Shown here piece after piece: positions 49,656 to 58,702 of a stretch of DNA of 64,000 nt (the stretch's first letter is position 1; every line of letters begins with the position of its first letter). The position numbers and the translations under genes are program-made. Below the pieces are notes generated by a model. The model had not been told where the DNA came from. It saw only the letters and a program-made list of their open reading frames with translations, and did not search any database. The stretch is from Bacilli bacterium (lineage in GTDB: Bacteria > Bacillota_I > Bacilli_A > ML615J-28 > CAG-313): positions 37,238 through 101,237 of the forward strand of contig JBGVCU010000057.1 in assembly GCA_045119035.1 (NCBI GenBank), given 5' to 3'.

Positions 49656-50728
49656 TGGTATTACTTACTTTCGCAATTATTTTAGTCATCGCCCTTATTA
49701 TTTCATTAATTAGTTATGTAATTAAAGAATTTAAAAAACCAAAAGGTGAAAGATTTGATGTAAAAGGTCAAATCAACCAAAAGATTAATACATTAAAAAA
49801 TCTTAATAAACAAAAAGTTAAAAACTTCTTATTTGGAACTAACTTTAGACGTGGTTGGTTACCAAGTGCTGTTGTATATGTTTTATTAATTAGTATTGGA
49901 TTTGTATACTTATATCCAGTATTATATATGATTTCAAACAGTTTCAAAAGTTTAAATGACATTGTTAACCCATCAGTTAGTTGGGTTCCAACACAATTTT
50001 ATTTAGATAACTTCTCAAGAGCATTTAGAGTATTAAACTTCTTTAAAGTATTATTAAAGAGTTTACCAGTTACTTTACTTCCTGCAGTATTACAAACAGG
50101 TATTTGTTCTGTAATTGGTTATGGATTTGCTAAATTTGAATTCAAAGGAAAATTTGTGGTTTTAGTACTAGTTATTTTAGCATTCATTATTCCTTCTCAA
50201 ATTTATATGATTCCTAAATATGTATTATTCTATGATATGGGATTCTTCGCAAAAGGTAAAGAAAATATGCAATTCTTAACAATTGCACTTCCTGCATTAT
50301 TAGGACAAGGATTAAACTCATCAATCTTTATTCTAATTTTCTATCAATTCTTTAAGATGATTCCATATTCATTAAATGAAGCAGCAGAAATTGATGGTTG
50401 CGGTCCATATAGAACATTCTTCACTATCGGTGTTCCTCTTGCAGGTCCTGCATTCTTAATCTGCTTCTTATTTGGATTTGTATGGTATTGGAATGAAACA
50501 TATTTCTTAAGTATGTTTGCTCCTGAATTCCCTAACTTACAAATTAAATTATCATACTTTGTATCAGAATATACTGAACTTTACAAAGATGATCAAATGT
50601 TAAAATTAAACGAAGGTGTAAGACTAGCTGCAACACTTCTAATCTTACTTCCAATGTTAATAATTTATCTATTCTTACAAAAATGGTTCGTTGAAGGTAT
50701 CGAACGTTCAGGTATTACAGGTGAATAA
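49655..50728 (+). CDS. Sugar ABC transporter permease (second pair, MalG-like)
   Basis: EAA loop EAAEIDGCGPYRTFFTIGVPLAGP; six TM helices. Confidence 0.85.
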   Translation: MVLLTFAIILVIALIISLISYVIKEFKKPKGERFDVKGQINQKINTLKNLNKQKVKNFLFGTNFRRGWLPSAVVYVLLISIGFVYLYPVLYMISNSFKSLNDIVNPSVSWVPTQFYLDNFSRAFRVLNFFKVLLKSLPVTLLPAVLQTGICSVIGYGFAKFEFKGKFVVLVLVILAFIIPSQIYMIPKYVLFYDMGFFAKGKENMQFLTIALPALLGQGLNSSIFILIFYQFFKMIPYSLNEAAEIDGCGPYRTFFTIGVPLAGPAFLICFLFGFVWYWNETYFLSMFAPEFPNLQIKLSYFVSEYTELYKDDQMLKLNEGVRLAATLLILLPMLIIYLFLQKWFVEGIERSGITGE

Positions 50729-50729
50729 T

Positions 50730-52106
50730 ATGTTTAAAAATTTTAAAAAATTATTATTAATTTTATTCTTATTCTTATTTTCATTTGCAATTGTAAGTTG
50801 TGATGATCCAACACCAGGTGGTGAAAATCCTGGAGAAGATGAAATTCCTCCAGTTAATACAAAAGATTATCGTACAAATGTTAAAGAAAACATTGATCCA
50901 GTTTTATTAGAGGAACTTGAAGGAGGCTTCAGGTTCTTCTGGGAAACTGCCAATACAAAAGAAGGTTCATCAGGATATGGATTAATTCCAGATAGATTTA
51001 ATACATATACTAATGCACCTGGAACAGTTGCTTCTATTGCTTCAATTGGATATGGTTTATCTGCAATTCCTATTGGAATTGAATACGGATGGATTACTAA
51101 AGAAGAAGGATATGATAGAGCACTTAAATCATTACAAACTCTTTGGAATTTAAAAACAACTCATGGATTCTATTATCACATGGTAAATAGAATGACAGGT
51201 TTAAGAGAATGGAGTAGTGAAGTTTCAGTTATTGATACAGCAATTTGTGTAAATGGTGCATTAACTGTTGGTCAATATTTCGGTGGAGAAATTTTAAAAC
51301 TTGCTCATGATATTTATAAAAGAGTTGAATGGGATTGGTATTATGATGAAGGTGCAAATAAATTCTACATGGGTTATACACCTGAAAGAGGATTTAGTGG
51401 TCACTGGAATGAATATGCAGAACAATTAATGGTTTATGTATTAGCAGCTGGAAGCCCTACATATAAAGTAGGAAAACAAGCTTACAATTTTATGAAATTC
51501 AGCAGTAAAAAAGCTGATGCAACAGAAAACTACGGTTCATTCTATATGACATGGACAGGTAGTCTATTTACTTATCAATTCTCACATGCATGGATCGATT
51601 TTAGAAATATCGAAGATGCAAATGGTGTAGATTGGTTTACAAACAGTGTTAATGCTTCAAAAGCATCAATAGCATATGCAGTTAAAAATTCAAAAACATA
51701 TAAAACATATAGTAATGTTTCTTGGGGAGCAACAGCATGTGATGGTCCAGGTGGATACTGTGGTCCTTATGGATCAGGTCCATCAAGCGGAAATGCCCAT
51801 GTTTCTGATGGAACAATTCCTCCATGCGGAGCTATTGGATCTATCGTATTTACTCCAACAGAATCAATTGCAGCTATGAATAACTATCGTACATATGATA
51901 GATTATGGTCAAAATATGGATTTAAAGATGCATATAACCTAGATGTTTCAGAAGCTGGATGGTATGGAAATGATATCATCGGTATTGATAAAGGAATCAG
52001 CGTTCTTATGATTGAAAACTATATTTCAGACTTTATTTGGAATATGTTTATGGATAATATGTATGTACAAGCTGGTTTAAATGAATTAGGTTTTAAAGAA
52101 GTTTAG
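50730..52106 (+). CDS. Lipoprotein (alpha/alpha)6 glycoside-hydrolase-like enzyme (extracellular paralogue of 35635-36900; GH144-like endo-beta-glucanase candidate)
   Basis: ATG 1 nt after the previous stop; lipobox IVSC; Pro/Gly/Glu-rich linker; collinear with the cytoplasmic paralogue. Confidence 0.55.
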   Translation: MFKNFKKLLLILFLFLFSFAIVSCDDPTPGGENPGEDEIPPVNTKDYRTNVKENIDPVLLEELEGGFRFFWETANTKEGSSGYGLIPDRFNTYTNAPGTVASIASIGYGLSAIPIGIEYGWITKEEGYDRALKSLQTLWNLKTTHGFYYHMVNRMTGLREWSSEVSVIDTAICVNGALTVGQYFGGEILKLAHDIYKRVEWDWYYDEGANKFYMGYTPERGFSGHWNEYAEQLMVYVLAAGSPTYKVGKQAYNFMKFSSKKADATENYGSFYMTWTGSLFTYQFSHAWIDFRNIEDANGVDWFTNSVNASKASIAYAVKNSKTYKTYSNVSWGATACDGPGGYCGPYGSGPSSGNAHVSDGTIPPCGAIGSIVFTPTESIAAMNNYRTYDRLWSKYGFKDAYNLDVSEAGWYGNDIIGIDKGISVLMIENYISDFIWNMFMDNMYVQAGLNELGFKEV

Positions 52107-52115
52107 GCGTGAAGT

Positions 52116-55100
52116 ATGAAGATTAAAAACAATTTACAAACAATAAATATAGAATCAGCTGGTTTAGAATTCAAATTCTTACCATCTGGGGACATTAATA
52201 CAATTAAATTTAACAATAACAATATTTCTATGTATAGAGGTACTACATTAGATGGTACACTAGGAAATTTTTATTTAAAAACAATGGATGATGATGGTAT
52301 TGTTTCATACACTAAATTAATTGGTGTTGACAGTCCATCAAGCTTTGGAGTTAAAGATAATAAAGCAATATATTCAGGAACATATGAAGGAATCGAATAT
52401 AAATTAGTTTTAACAGTTAAACATCACACATGGTTTTGGACATTACAATTAACTGGTAATAAAAATGCATCAGTATTTTATGTCCAAGATATATCTTTAA
52501 ACTCGCCATCTGCAAATGAAGCTTACAATTGTCAATATTTAGATCATCAAGTATTTGAAACAGAATCTGGATATAACATTGTAACAAAACAAAATCAAGG
52601 TGAACCTTTACTTATTCAATCAGGATCATTAACCAAAAATATTTCTTATGCTACTGATGGATTTGATTTCTTTGGAAATGCTTATAAATTATATAACGTT
52701 CCAACAGCAATCTCAGAAACTGGTTTACCATCAAAGATATATCAATACGAATTTGCTTGTCATTGTTTTGAAACAGAAAACTATGATTTATCAAATGGAG
52801 TTGAAGTAATTTTCTATAGTAGTTTATTAGAAAATTATCATACTTTAGGTAATCAAATTAATGTTGATGATATAAAAAATCAATATCATGAATTAGATCA
52901 TAATATTGAAATAGATAATCTAAATAAAGTTAATTTAAAAGTAGATTATCAAAATACTTATCCTTATGTTTCACTTAAAGGAAAAGTTTATAATGAACTT
53001 AAAAAAGGGCGTATAGATGAAGAATACCTTGATGATGAATTAGTATCTTGGTTTGATAAATCTGGAGTTCACTATGTTGATTCTGTAAAAGAATTATATG
53101 TAGAACGTCCTCATGGAATGGTTCATATATCAAATGGTTTAAAACCAATTGATGATAAGACATTCAGTACTACTTGTTGGATTTTTGGTGTATTTAATTC
53201 ACATATTTGTTATGGTAATACTAATTTTAATAAAATGTTAACTCATAATAAATCAGCATTAAATGTATTAAAAACAAGTGGGGAAAGAATTTTTGTTAAA
53301 GTTGATAAAGAATATTATTTATTAAATCTTCCTGGTATGTATACAATGGATGTTAATACAAGTACTTGGTATTACCAAATTAAAAATGATATCCTAAAAA
53401 TTACTACTTCAGTAAGATATGAAACAGGATTAGTTCAAACTAATATTGAATCACTTAAAAATAAAAAATATGATTTCATTATCTCTGATAACTTAATGAT
53501 GGGTTCAGATGAAAATGCGCATCCTATTAGTTATACAACACTTGATTCAAAAGTAATCTTTAAATTTGCTGATAATACATTTTCTCATGATCGTTATCCA
53601 GATTTAGAATTCGTTGTAGATACTAAAACTGATGGTACTTATAAGTATGGATCAGATGAAGTATTCTTTGAAGATAAAAAATCATATGGTAACCCAATTT
53701 TAACAATTAGCTATAAAAAAGCCTCTCATATCGAATTAATTCACTCAGTGTCAAAAGATGATACATTCTATGACATTAATGAATTACAAAACGAATATAA
53801 TCAAAAGTTTAATGAAAACATTAATCATTTTAAATTAATTTCTAAAGATAAAGATTTTGAAAAATTCAACCATATCGTTAAATGGTATACACAAAATGCA
53901 TTAATTCACTATGCTTCTCCTCATGGATTAGAACAATATGGTGGAGCTGCTTGGGGAACAAGAGACGTATGTCAAGGTCCTATTGAATTATTTGCAACAC
54001 TAAAAAGATATGATTTAGTTAAATCAACAATTAAATATATCTACTCTAGACAATTTGTTGATACACATGAATGGCCTCAATGGTTCATGTTTGACAATTA
54101 CCGCAATATTCAAGCTTGGGAATCTCATGGAGATGTTATTGTATGGCCTTTAAGAACTGTGGCATATTACTTAGAACAAACAAATGATTTATCAATTTTA
54201 GATGAAGTTGTTCCATATAACAACCGTTATGACGGAGGATTTGTTGAAGAAGACACAATCTTAAATCATATTAAAAATGAAGTAAAATCAATTGTTGAAA
54301 GTATGGTAGATGATTACAACTTACCAAGCTACGGTGGTGGTGACTGGGATGATACATTACAACCTGCTAATAAATCATTAACAAATAAATTAGTTAGTGG
54401 TTGGACAGTACTTTTATTAATTGATGCGTTAAAGAAATTCAATGAATTTACAAATGATGAATTTAAAGATTTATTAGATAAATTAACTGCTTCATATAAT
54501 AAATATTTATTGATTGATGATATCCCATCAGGATTTGTATATTTTGGAAATGAAACACCAGAACTTATGTTACATCCAAGAGATAATAAAACTGGTATTA
54601 ATTATCGTTTACTTCCAATTACAAGAGGAATGATTGCTGAACACTACGATAAGAAAAATATTTCAAAATATTTAGAAATTATTGATAAAAACTTAATGCA
54701 TCCAGATGGTGTGCATTTAATGAACACAACAGTTAAATACCAAGGTGGAACACCAAAACTATTTGTTAGAGCTGAAACTGCTACAAACTTTGGACGTGAA
54801 ATTGGTCTACAATATGTACATGCTCATATTAGATATATTGAAGCAATGACAAAAATTGGAGAAGCAGATAGAGCATTTAAAGGACTTAATGTAATTTGTC
54901 CTGTAAACATTAAAAAACATGTTCCTAATGCTTTACCTCGTCAGGCTAACGTATATTTCTCTTCATCAGATGGAAACTTCAGAACTCGTTATCAAGCTGA
55001 TAAAGAATTTGATTTATTAAGAACTGGAGAAAGAGAAGTAAAAGGTGGATGGAGACTTTATTCAAGTGGTCCTGGTATTTATCTAAATCAATTAATTTCT

Positions 55101-55361
55101 AACTTCTTAGGAATTAAAACATATCAAAACGATTTAGTTATTGATCCTGTAATGCCTAAAAAATTAAAAGGATCAAAACTAGAATATGTTTACAATGGAA
55201 AACTTTTAAAAGTTGAATATCAAAAAACAAGTAAAATTACATCTGTAATTCTAAATGGAGAAGAAATTGTTAATATTCATAAAAATAACAAATATCGTCC
55301 ATCAGGAATTAGAATTGATTTCAATTTATTAAAAGATGTTAATGAATTAATTGTTAAATAA
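52116..55361 (+). CDS. Cytoplasmic GH94-like glycoside phosphorylase (size and blocks resemble 1,2-beta-oligoglucan phosphorylases)
   Basis: 1081 aa; no signal peptide; central (alpha/alpha)6 region with GLEQYGGAAWGTRDVCQGP and HGDVIVWPLR blocks. Confidence 0.55.
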   Translation: MKIKNNLQTINIESAGLEFKFLPSGDINTIKFNNNNISMYRGTTLDGTLGNFYLKTMDDDGIVSYTKLIGVDSPSSFGVKDNKAIYSGTYEGIEYKLVLTVKHHTWFWTLQLTGNKNASVFYVQDISLNSPSANEAYNCQYLDHQVFETESGYNIVTKQNQGEPLLIQSGSLTKNISYATDGFDFFGNAYKLYNVPTAISETGLPSKIYQYEFACHCFETENYDLSNGVEVIFYSSLLENYHTLGNQINVDDIKNQYHELDHNIEIDNLNKVNLKVDYQNTYPYVSLKGKVYNELKKGRIDEEYLDDELVSWFDKSGVHYVDSVKELYVERPHGMVHISNGLKPIDDKTFSTTCWIFGVFNSHICYGNTNFNKMLTHNKSALNVLKTSGERIFVKVDKEYYLLNLPGMYTMDVNTSTWYYQIKNDILKITTSVRYETGLVQTNIESLKNKKYDFIISDNLMMGSDENAHPISYTTLDSKVIFKFADNTFSHDRYPDLEFVVDTKTDGTYKYGSDEVFFEDKKSYGNPILTISYKKASHIELIHSVSKDDTFYDINELQNEYNQKFNENINHFKLISKDKDFEKFNHIVKWYTQNALIHYASPHGLEQYGGAAWGTRDVCQGPIELFATLKRYDLVKSTIKYIYSRQFVDTHEWPQWFMFDNYRNIQAWESHGDVIVWPLRTVAYYLEQTNDLSILDEVVPYNNRYDGGFVEEDTILNHIKNEVKSIVESMVDDYNLPSYGGGDWDDTLQPANKSLTNKLVSGWTVLLLIDALKKFNEFTNDEFKDLLDKLTASYNKYLLIDDIPSGFVYFGNETPELMLHPRDNKTGINYRLLPITRGMIAEHYDKKNISKYLEIIDKNLMHPDGVHLMNTTVKYQGGTPKLFVRAETATNFGREIGLQYVHAHIRYIEAMTKIGEADRAFKGLNVICPVNIKKHVPNALPRQANVYFSSSDGNFRTRYQADKEFDLLRTGEREVKGGWRLYSSGPGIYLNQLISNFLGIKTYQNDLVIDPVMPKKLKGSKLEYVYNGKLLKVEYQKTSKITSVILNGEEIVNIHKNNKYRPSGIRIDFNLLKDVNELIVK

Positions 55362-55367
55362 AAAAAT

Positions 55368-55400
55368 AAAACTTGGTAAGTCAAATTACCAAGTTTTTTA
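55368..55400 (+). terminator. Rho-independent terminator ending the glucan operon
   Basis: AAACTTGGTAA-GTCAAA-TTACCAAGTTT followed by TTTT. Confidence 0.6.
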
Positions 55401-55604
55401 ATTATTGAATAAATATTTGAAATTTAATTAATTTTTTTTATAACATATAAAATATGATAGATAATATTTACCTTCAATATATTCAAACTTAATAATTTAC
55501 TATAATCTTAATGTTTGATAAAAATACATATTAATTAAATAAAATTAGAAAATTTGATATAATATTTATATCTATAAAAATACTTCTAATAAAAGGAGAA
55601 AGTA

Positions 55605-56147
55605 ATGAAAAAGCTTATATTAATTGGAGGCGTTCTTGCTTCTGGGAAATCTACATATGCAAATATATTAAAAGATAAATTTAATTTAACTGTTGTAACA
55701 AAGGATCGATTAAAAGAAATACTAGGCGATAATATATATGTTAATAATAGAGAAGAAAATAAAAAGTTATCAGTTATTTCATTTGAGATGATTAAATATT
55801 TGATTAGTTGTAATATGACAACAATTGTTATTGAATCAAATTTTAAAGATTATGAAATGAATGAATTAAAAAATCTTTGTTTACAATTAAACTATGATGT
55901 ATTATCTTTAGTGTTTGATGCAGATGATGAAATATTACATAAAAGATTTTTAAATAGACTAAATGAAAATCGTCATTACGTTCATAAGTCACAAGATTTT
56001 ACTGATATAAAAGATTTTATACCTGTCTTAAATGAATTAAGAAATGTTAAATATATTGGAAAAATAATTAATGTAAATTGTAATGATTTTACTTATCAAG
56101 AAAATCAAAAATTATTTAATGAAATAGAAAAATTCATAAATAACTAA
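55605..56147 (+). CDS. Small P-loop NTPase/kinase (same size class as 18795-19331)
   Basis: Walker A IGGVLASGKST; 180 aa; AAAAGGAGA RBS. Confidence 0.5.
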   Translation: MKKLILIGGVLASGKSTYANILKDKFNLTVVTKDRLKEILGDNIYVNNREENKKLSVISFEMIKYLISCNMTTIVIESNFKDYEMNELKNLCLQLNYDVLSLVFDADDEILHKRFLNRLNENRHYVHKSQDFTDIKDFIPVLNELRNVKYIGKIINVNCNDFTYQENQKLFNEIEKFINN

Positions 56148-56234
56148 TATTATTCTATAATTCTTGACAAAAAACAAATTTAACTTTATAATAGAGATAG
56201 AGAATGAGATAAAGAATATTAAGGAGAAAATATT

Positions 56235-56609
56235 ATGCATGAATTTATAGTTTTAATTTTACCATACATGATTTCAATACTTGAACTTATTGGTATTTTT
56301 GTTGTATTTTGGGCTGGTATTTATGGATTTTATAAATATTTACAAAGCTGGTTTACACACAAAAAATTTAATTTAATTGACTTACTAGGTCATCATCTTG
56401 CGATGGGACTTGAATTTAAAATGGCTGCCGAAATATTAAGAACAGTTTTAATTCAAAGTTTAGATGAACTTTATATGTTAGGTGCTGTAATTTTACTTAG
56501 AGCTATTTTAAGTTTATTAATTCATTTTGAAATGAGCCCACATAAAAAAGATAAAAAAGAAGAACATATTGAAATTGAAGAACAAGTAGAAGCAAAAAAA
56601 GCTGCTTAA
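56235..56609 (+). CDS. Small membrane protein (2-3 TM) of unknown function
   Basis: AAGGAGA RBS; hydrophobic helices; Lys/Glu-rich tail. Confidence 0.5.
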   Translation: MHEFIVLILPYMISILELIGIFVVFWAGIYGFYKYLQSWFTHKKFNLIDLLGHHLAMGLEFKMAAEILRTVLIQSLDELYMLGAVILLRAILSLLIHFEMSPHKKDKKEEHIEIEEQVEAKKAA

Positions 56610-56720
56610 ATAAAAATATTAATAGACTAGTTATAGATGAAATGATAAAATAAACGTAGACACAAAAAAAACGTGTTTACGTTTTTTCTTATGTTATAAT
56701 AAAGTAAAGGAGATGATAAT

Positions 56721-57086
56721 ATGGGAAGAACAAAAGGTGGAAAAAACAAAGAATGGACTAAAGAGCAAAAATACAAAATTATTACACCTGTTCTTAATGG
56801 ACAAAAGAGTGCCACTCAATTAATGAAAGAATTGGGTATACACAAAGGAATGATTTGTAAATGGATTGAACGTTATAATGAAGGAGGAATAGAAGCTTTA
56901 GAGAATAAACGTAAACCCGGCAATCCATTAGTCAAATATTCAAGAAGAAAAGAATTAACAGAAATTGAACAACTTGAATATGAAAATATGTTACTAAGAA
57001 TCGAGAACGAGCGATTAAAAAAAGGGTACACCGAGGAGGATGTTCTTTTAGCCCTAGAGAAATTATCAGAAAAGAATACGAAATAG
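56721..57086 (+). CDS. IS3-family transposase OrfA (HTH plus leucine zipper)
   Basis: HTH QLMKELGIHKGMICKW; heptad leucines LEYENMLLRIENERLKK; A AAA AAA G slippery site at 57017-57024 near the 3' end. Confidence 0.8.
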   Translation: MGRTKGGKNKEWTKEQKYKIITPVLNGQKSATQLMKELGIHKGMICKWIERYNEGGIEALENKRKPGNPLVKYSRRKELTEIEQLEYENMLLRIENERLKKGYTEEDVLLALEKLSEKNTK

Positions 57087-57133
57087 TAGAGACTCTTTCT
57101 CGGGAGTTTAATATAAAATCACTTTGTATAGTA

Positions 57134-57949
57134 ATGAATGTTTCAAGAAGCGGATACTATAAATGGCTAAACCGTAAAGGAACAATAAATAATTATAAAA
57201 AGAATAGAATAGCACTAGCAGAGGAAATAAAAAATATCCATAAGCATCATTCAACTTACGGATATAGATCTATAGCTCAAAATATTAGAAATCAAACTGG
57301 ATGGATATTTAGTGATAATTTATGTCATAAAGTATGTAAAAGTTTAAATATACGTTCAAAAGCACGTAAAACATATATTCCACGTGGTGAAGAGAGCATA
57401 ACTTATCCAAATATAGTAAATGGAAACTTTAATCCTTCTAGACCTTTTGAAGTGGTTGTATCTGACACAACTATAATTCATTGTAGAGGTAAAAGTTATG
57501 ATTGGACTTATTACATTGATGTTTACAATAATGAAATAATAAGTTCTGATATACAATTGTCAAAACATGGTAATGGTATTAACAATCATTTCAATTCATG
57601 TAAGAAATTTTTAAAAGAGAAAATAAAAATAGGATATAAAGACCTTGAGACGATTGTCCACTCCGATCAAGGCTCTGTATACTCCTCAAAAGCTTTCAAC
57701 AAGCTATACGAAAATTATACCATAAAAAGATCAATGAGTCGAGCAGGTACACCTACAGATAATCCTGTAATTGAATCTTTAAATGGTTGGATTAAAAATG
57801 AATTATATAAAGATTTTAAAATATATCTAGTCGAAGATATTAATATAGCTATAAATAACTATATTAAATATTTCAACACGCAAAGATTAGCTTATTCATT
57901 ACAATATAAAACCCCCGTTCAGTACAGAACTGAACAGGGATTCATATAA
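57134..57949 (+). CDS. IS3-family transposase OrfB (DDE integrase core); expressed as an OrfAB fusion by -1 frameshift
   Basis: The -1 frame is open from 57018 (...LSREFNIKSLCIVMNVSRSGYYKWL). DDE blocks DTTII, SDQGSVY and ESLNGWIKNE. Confidence 0.8.
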   Translation: MNVSRSGYYKWLNRKGTINNYKKNRIALAEEIKNIHKHHSTYGYRSIAQNIRNQTGWIFSDNLCHKVCKSLNIRSKARKTYIPRGEESITYPNIVNGNFNPSRPFEVVVSDTTIIHCRGKSYDWTYYIDVYNNEIISSDIQLSKHGNGINNHFNSCKKFLKEKIKIGYKDLETIVHSDQGSVYSSKAFNKLYENYTIKRSMSRAGTPTDNPVIESLNGWIKNELYKDFKIYLVEDINIAINNYIKYFNTQRLAYSLQYKTPVQYRTEQGFI

Positions 57950-58100
57950 ATGTTTTTTTTGTGTCTACTTTTTCTTGACTATTTCATTATAGACTAGTCT
58001 ATTTTTTAATAAATTAAAAGATATTTCTTGTTATTTTAGGAAAATTATGGTATAATATTAAAGAATTTATAGATAAAAAATATTTTATAAGGAGGCATCA

Positions 58101-58691
58101 ATGAATAAAAGAATCTTTAATGTTATTTTTAAATCAATCTTAGCTGGTGTTTTAATTGCACTTGCTGGACATATTTATTTAAATTGTTCTAATAAAATTG
58201 TTGGTGCATTTTTATTTAGTATTGGTTTAATTGGTGTAATTGTCTTAAAAGCTAATCTTCATACAGGTAAAGTTGGATATATTAAATCTAAGCAAGATAT
58301 ATTTGATTTATTAATAATTTTAGTTGTAAATTTAGTTAGTGCATATTTAGTTGGTTTACTGGTTAAAAATAGTTATGACTTAGGTTTACCATACGAAGCA
58401 AGGTTATTAAAATCAGAATTTAGAATCTTTTTAGACGGAGTATTCTGTGGAATGTTGATTTATCTCGCGGTTGAACTTTATAAGAAAACAAACAGTTTAA
58501 TTCCTGTAATAATGTGTGTTATGGCATTTATTTTAGCAGGTTTTGAACATTCTATTGCAGATGCTTATTATATGGGTGTATCTGAATTAAGTGGAAAAGG
58601 ATTGTTATATATGTTCTTAATCGTTTTAGGTAATGCTGTTGGAAGTTTAGTTGTTAGACATATACAATTACTATGTGAAAAATATAATTAA
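58101..58691 (+). CDS. Short formate/nitrite-transporter-like (FNT family) membrane protein
   Basis: AGFEHSIAD resembles the FNT GFEHSIAN signature; 196 aa (shorter than typical FocA/NirC); AAGGAGG RBS. Confidence 0.5.
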   Translation: MNKRIFNVIFKSILAGVLIALAGHIYLNCSNKIVGAFLFSIGLIGVIVLKANLHTGKVGYIKSKQDIFDLLIILVVNLVSAYLVGLLVKNSYDLGLPYEARLLKSEFRIFLDGVFCGMLIYLAVELYKKTNSLIPVIMCVMAFILAGFEHSIADAYYMGVSELSGKGLLYMFLIVLGNAVGSLVVRHIQLLCEKYN

Positions 58692-58702
58692 TTATTTAAA
58701 AG

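Larger units (their letters stand above)
56638..57986 (+). mobile_element. IS3-family insertion sequence (1349 bp), apparently intact
   Basis: Termini TGAAAT ... ATTTCA. About 50-bp imperfect terminal inverted repeats sharing the GTAGACACAAAAAAAAC inner block. Flanked by a perfect 7-bp direct repeat TTATAGA. orfA plus orfB are joined by an A7G -1 slippery site. Confidence 0.8.

Noticed and set aside
23857-55361. Prophage or conjugative element
   Set aside because: No integrase, capsid, terminase, relaxase or T4SS genes. The only mobile feature is the single IS3 element at 56638-57986.
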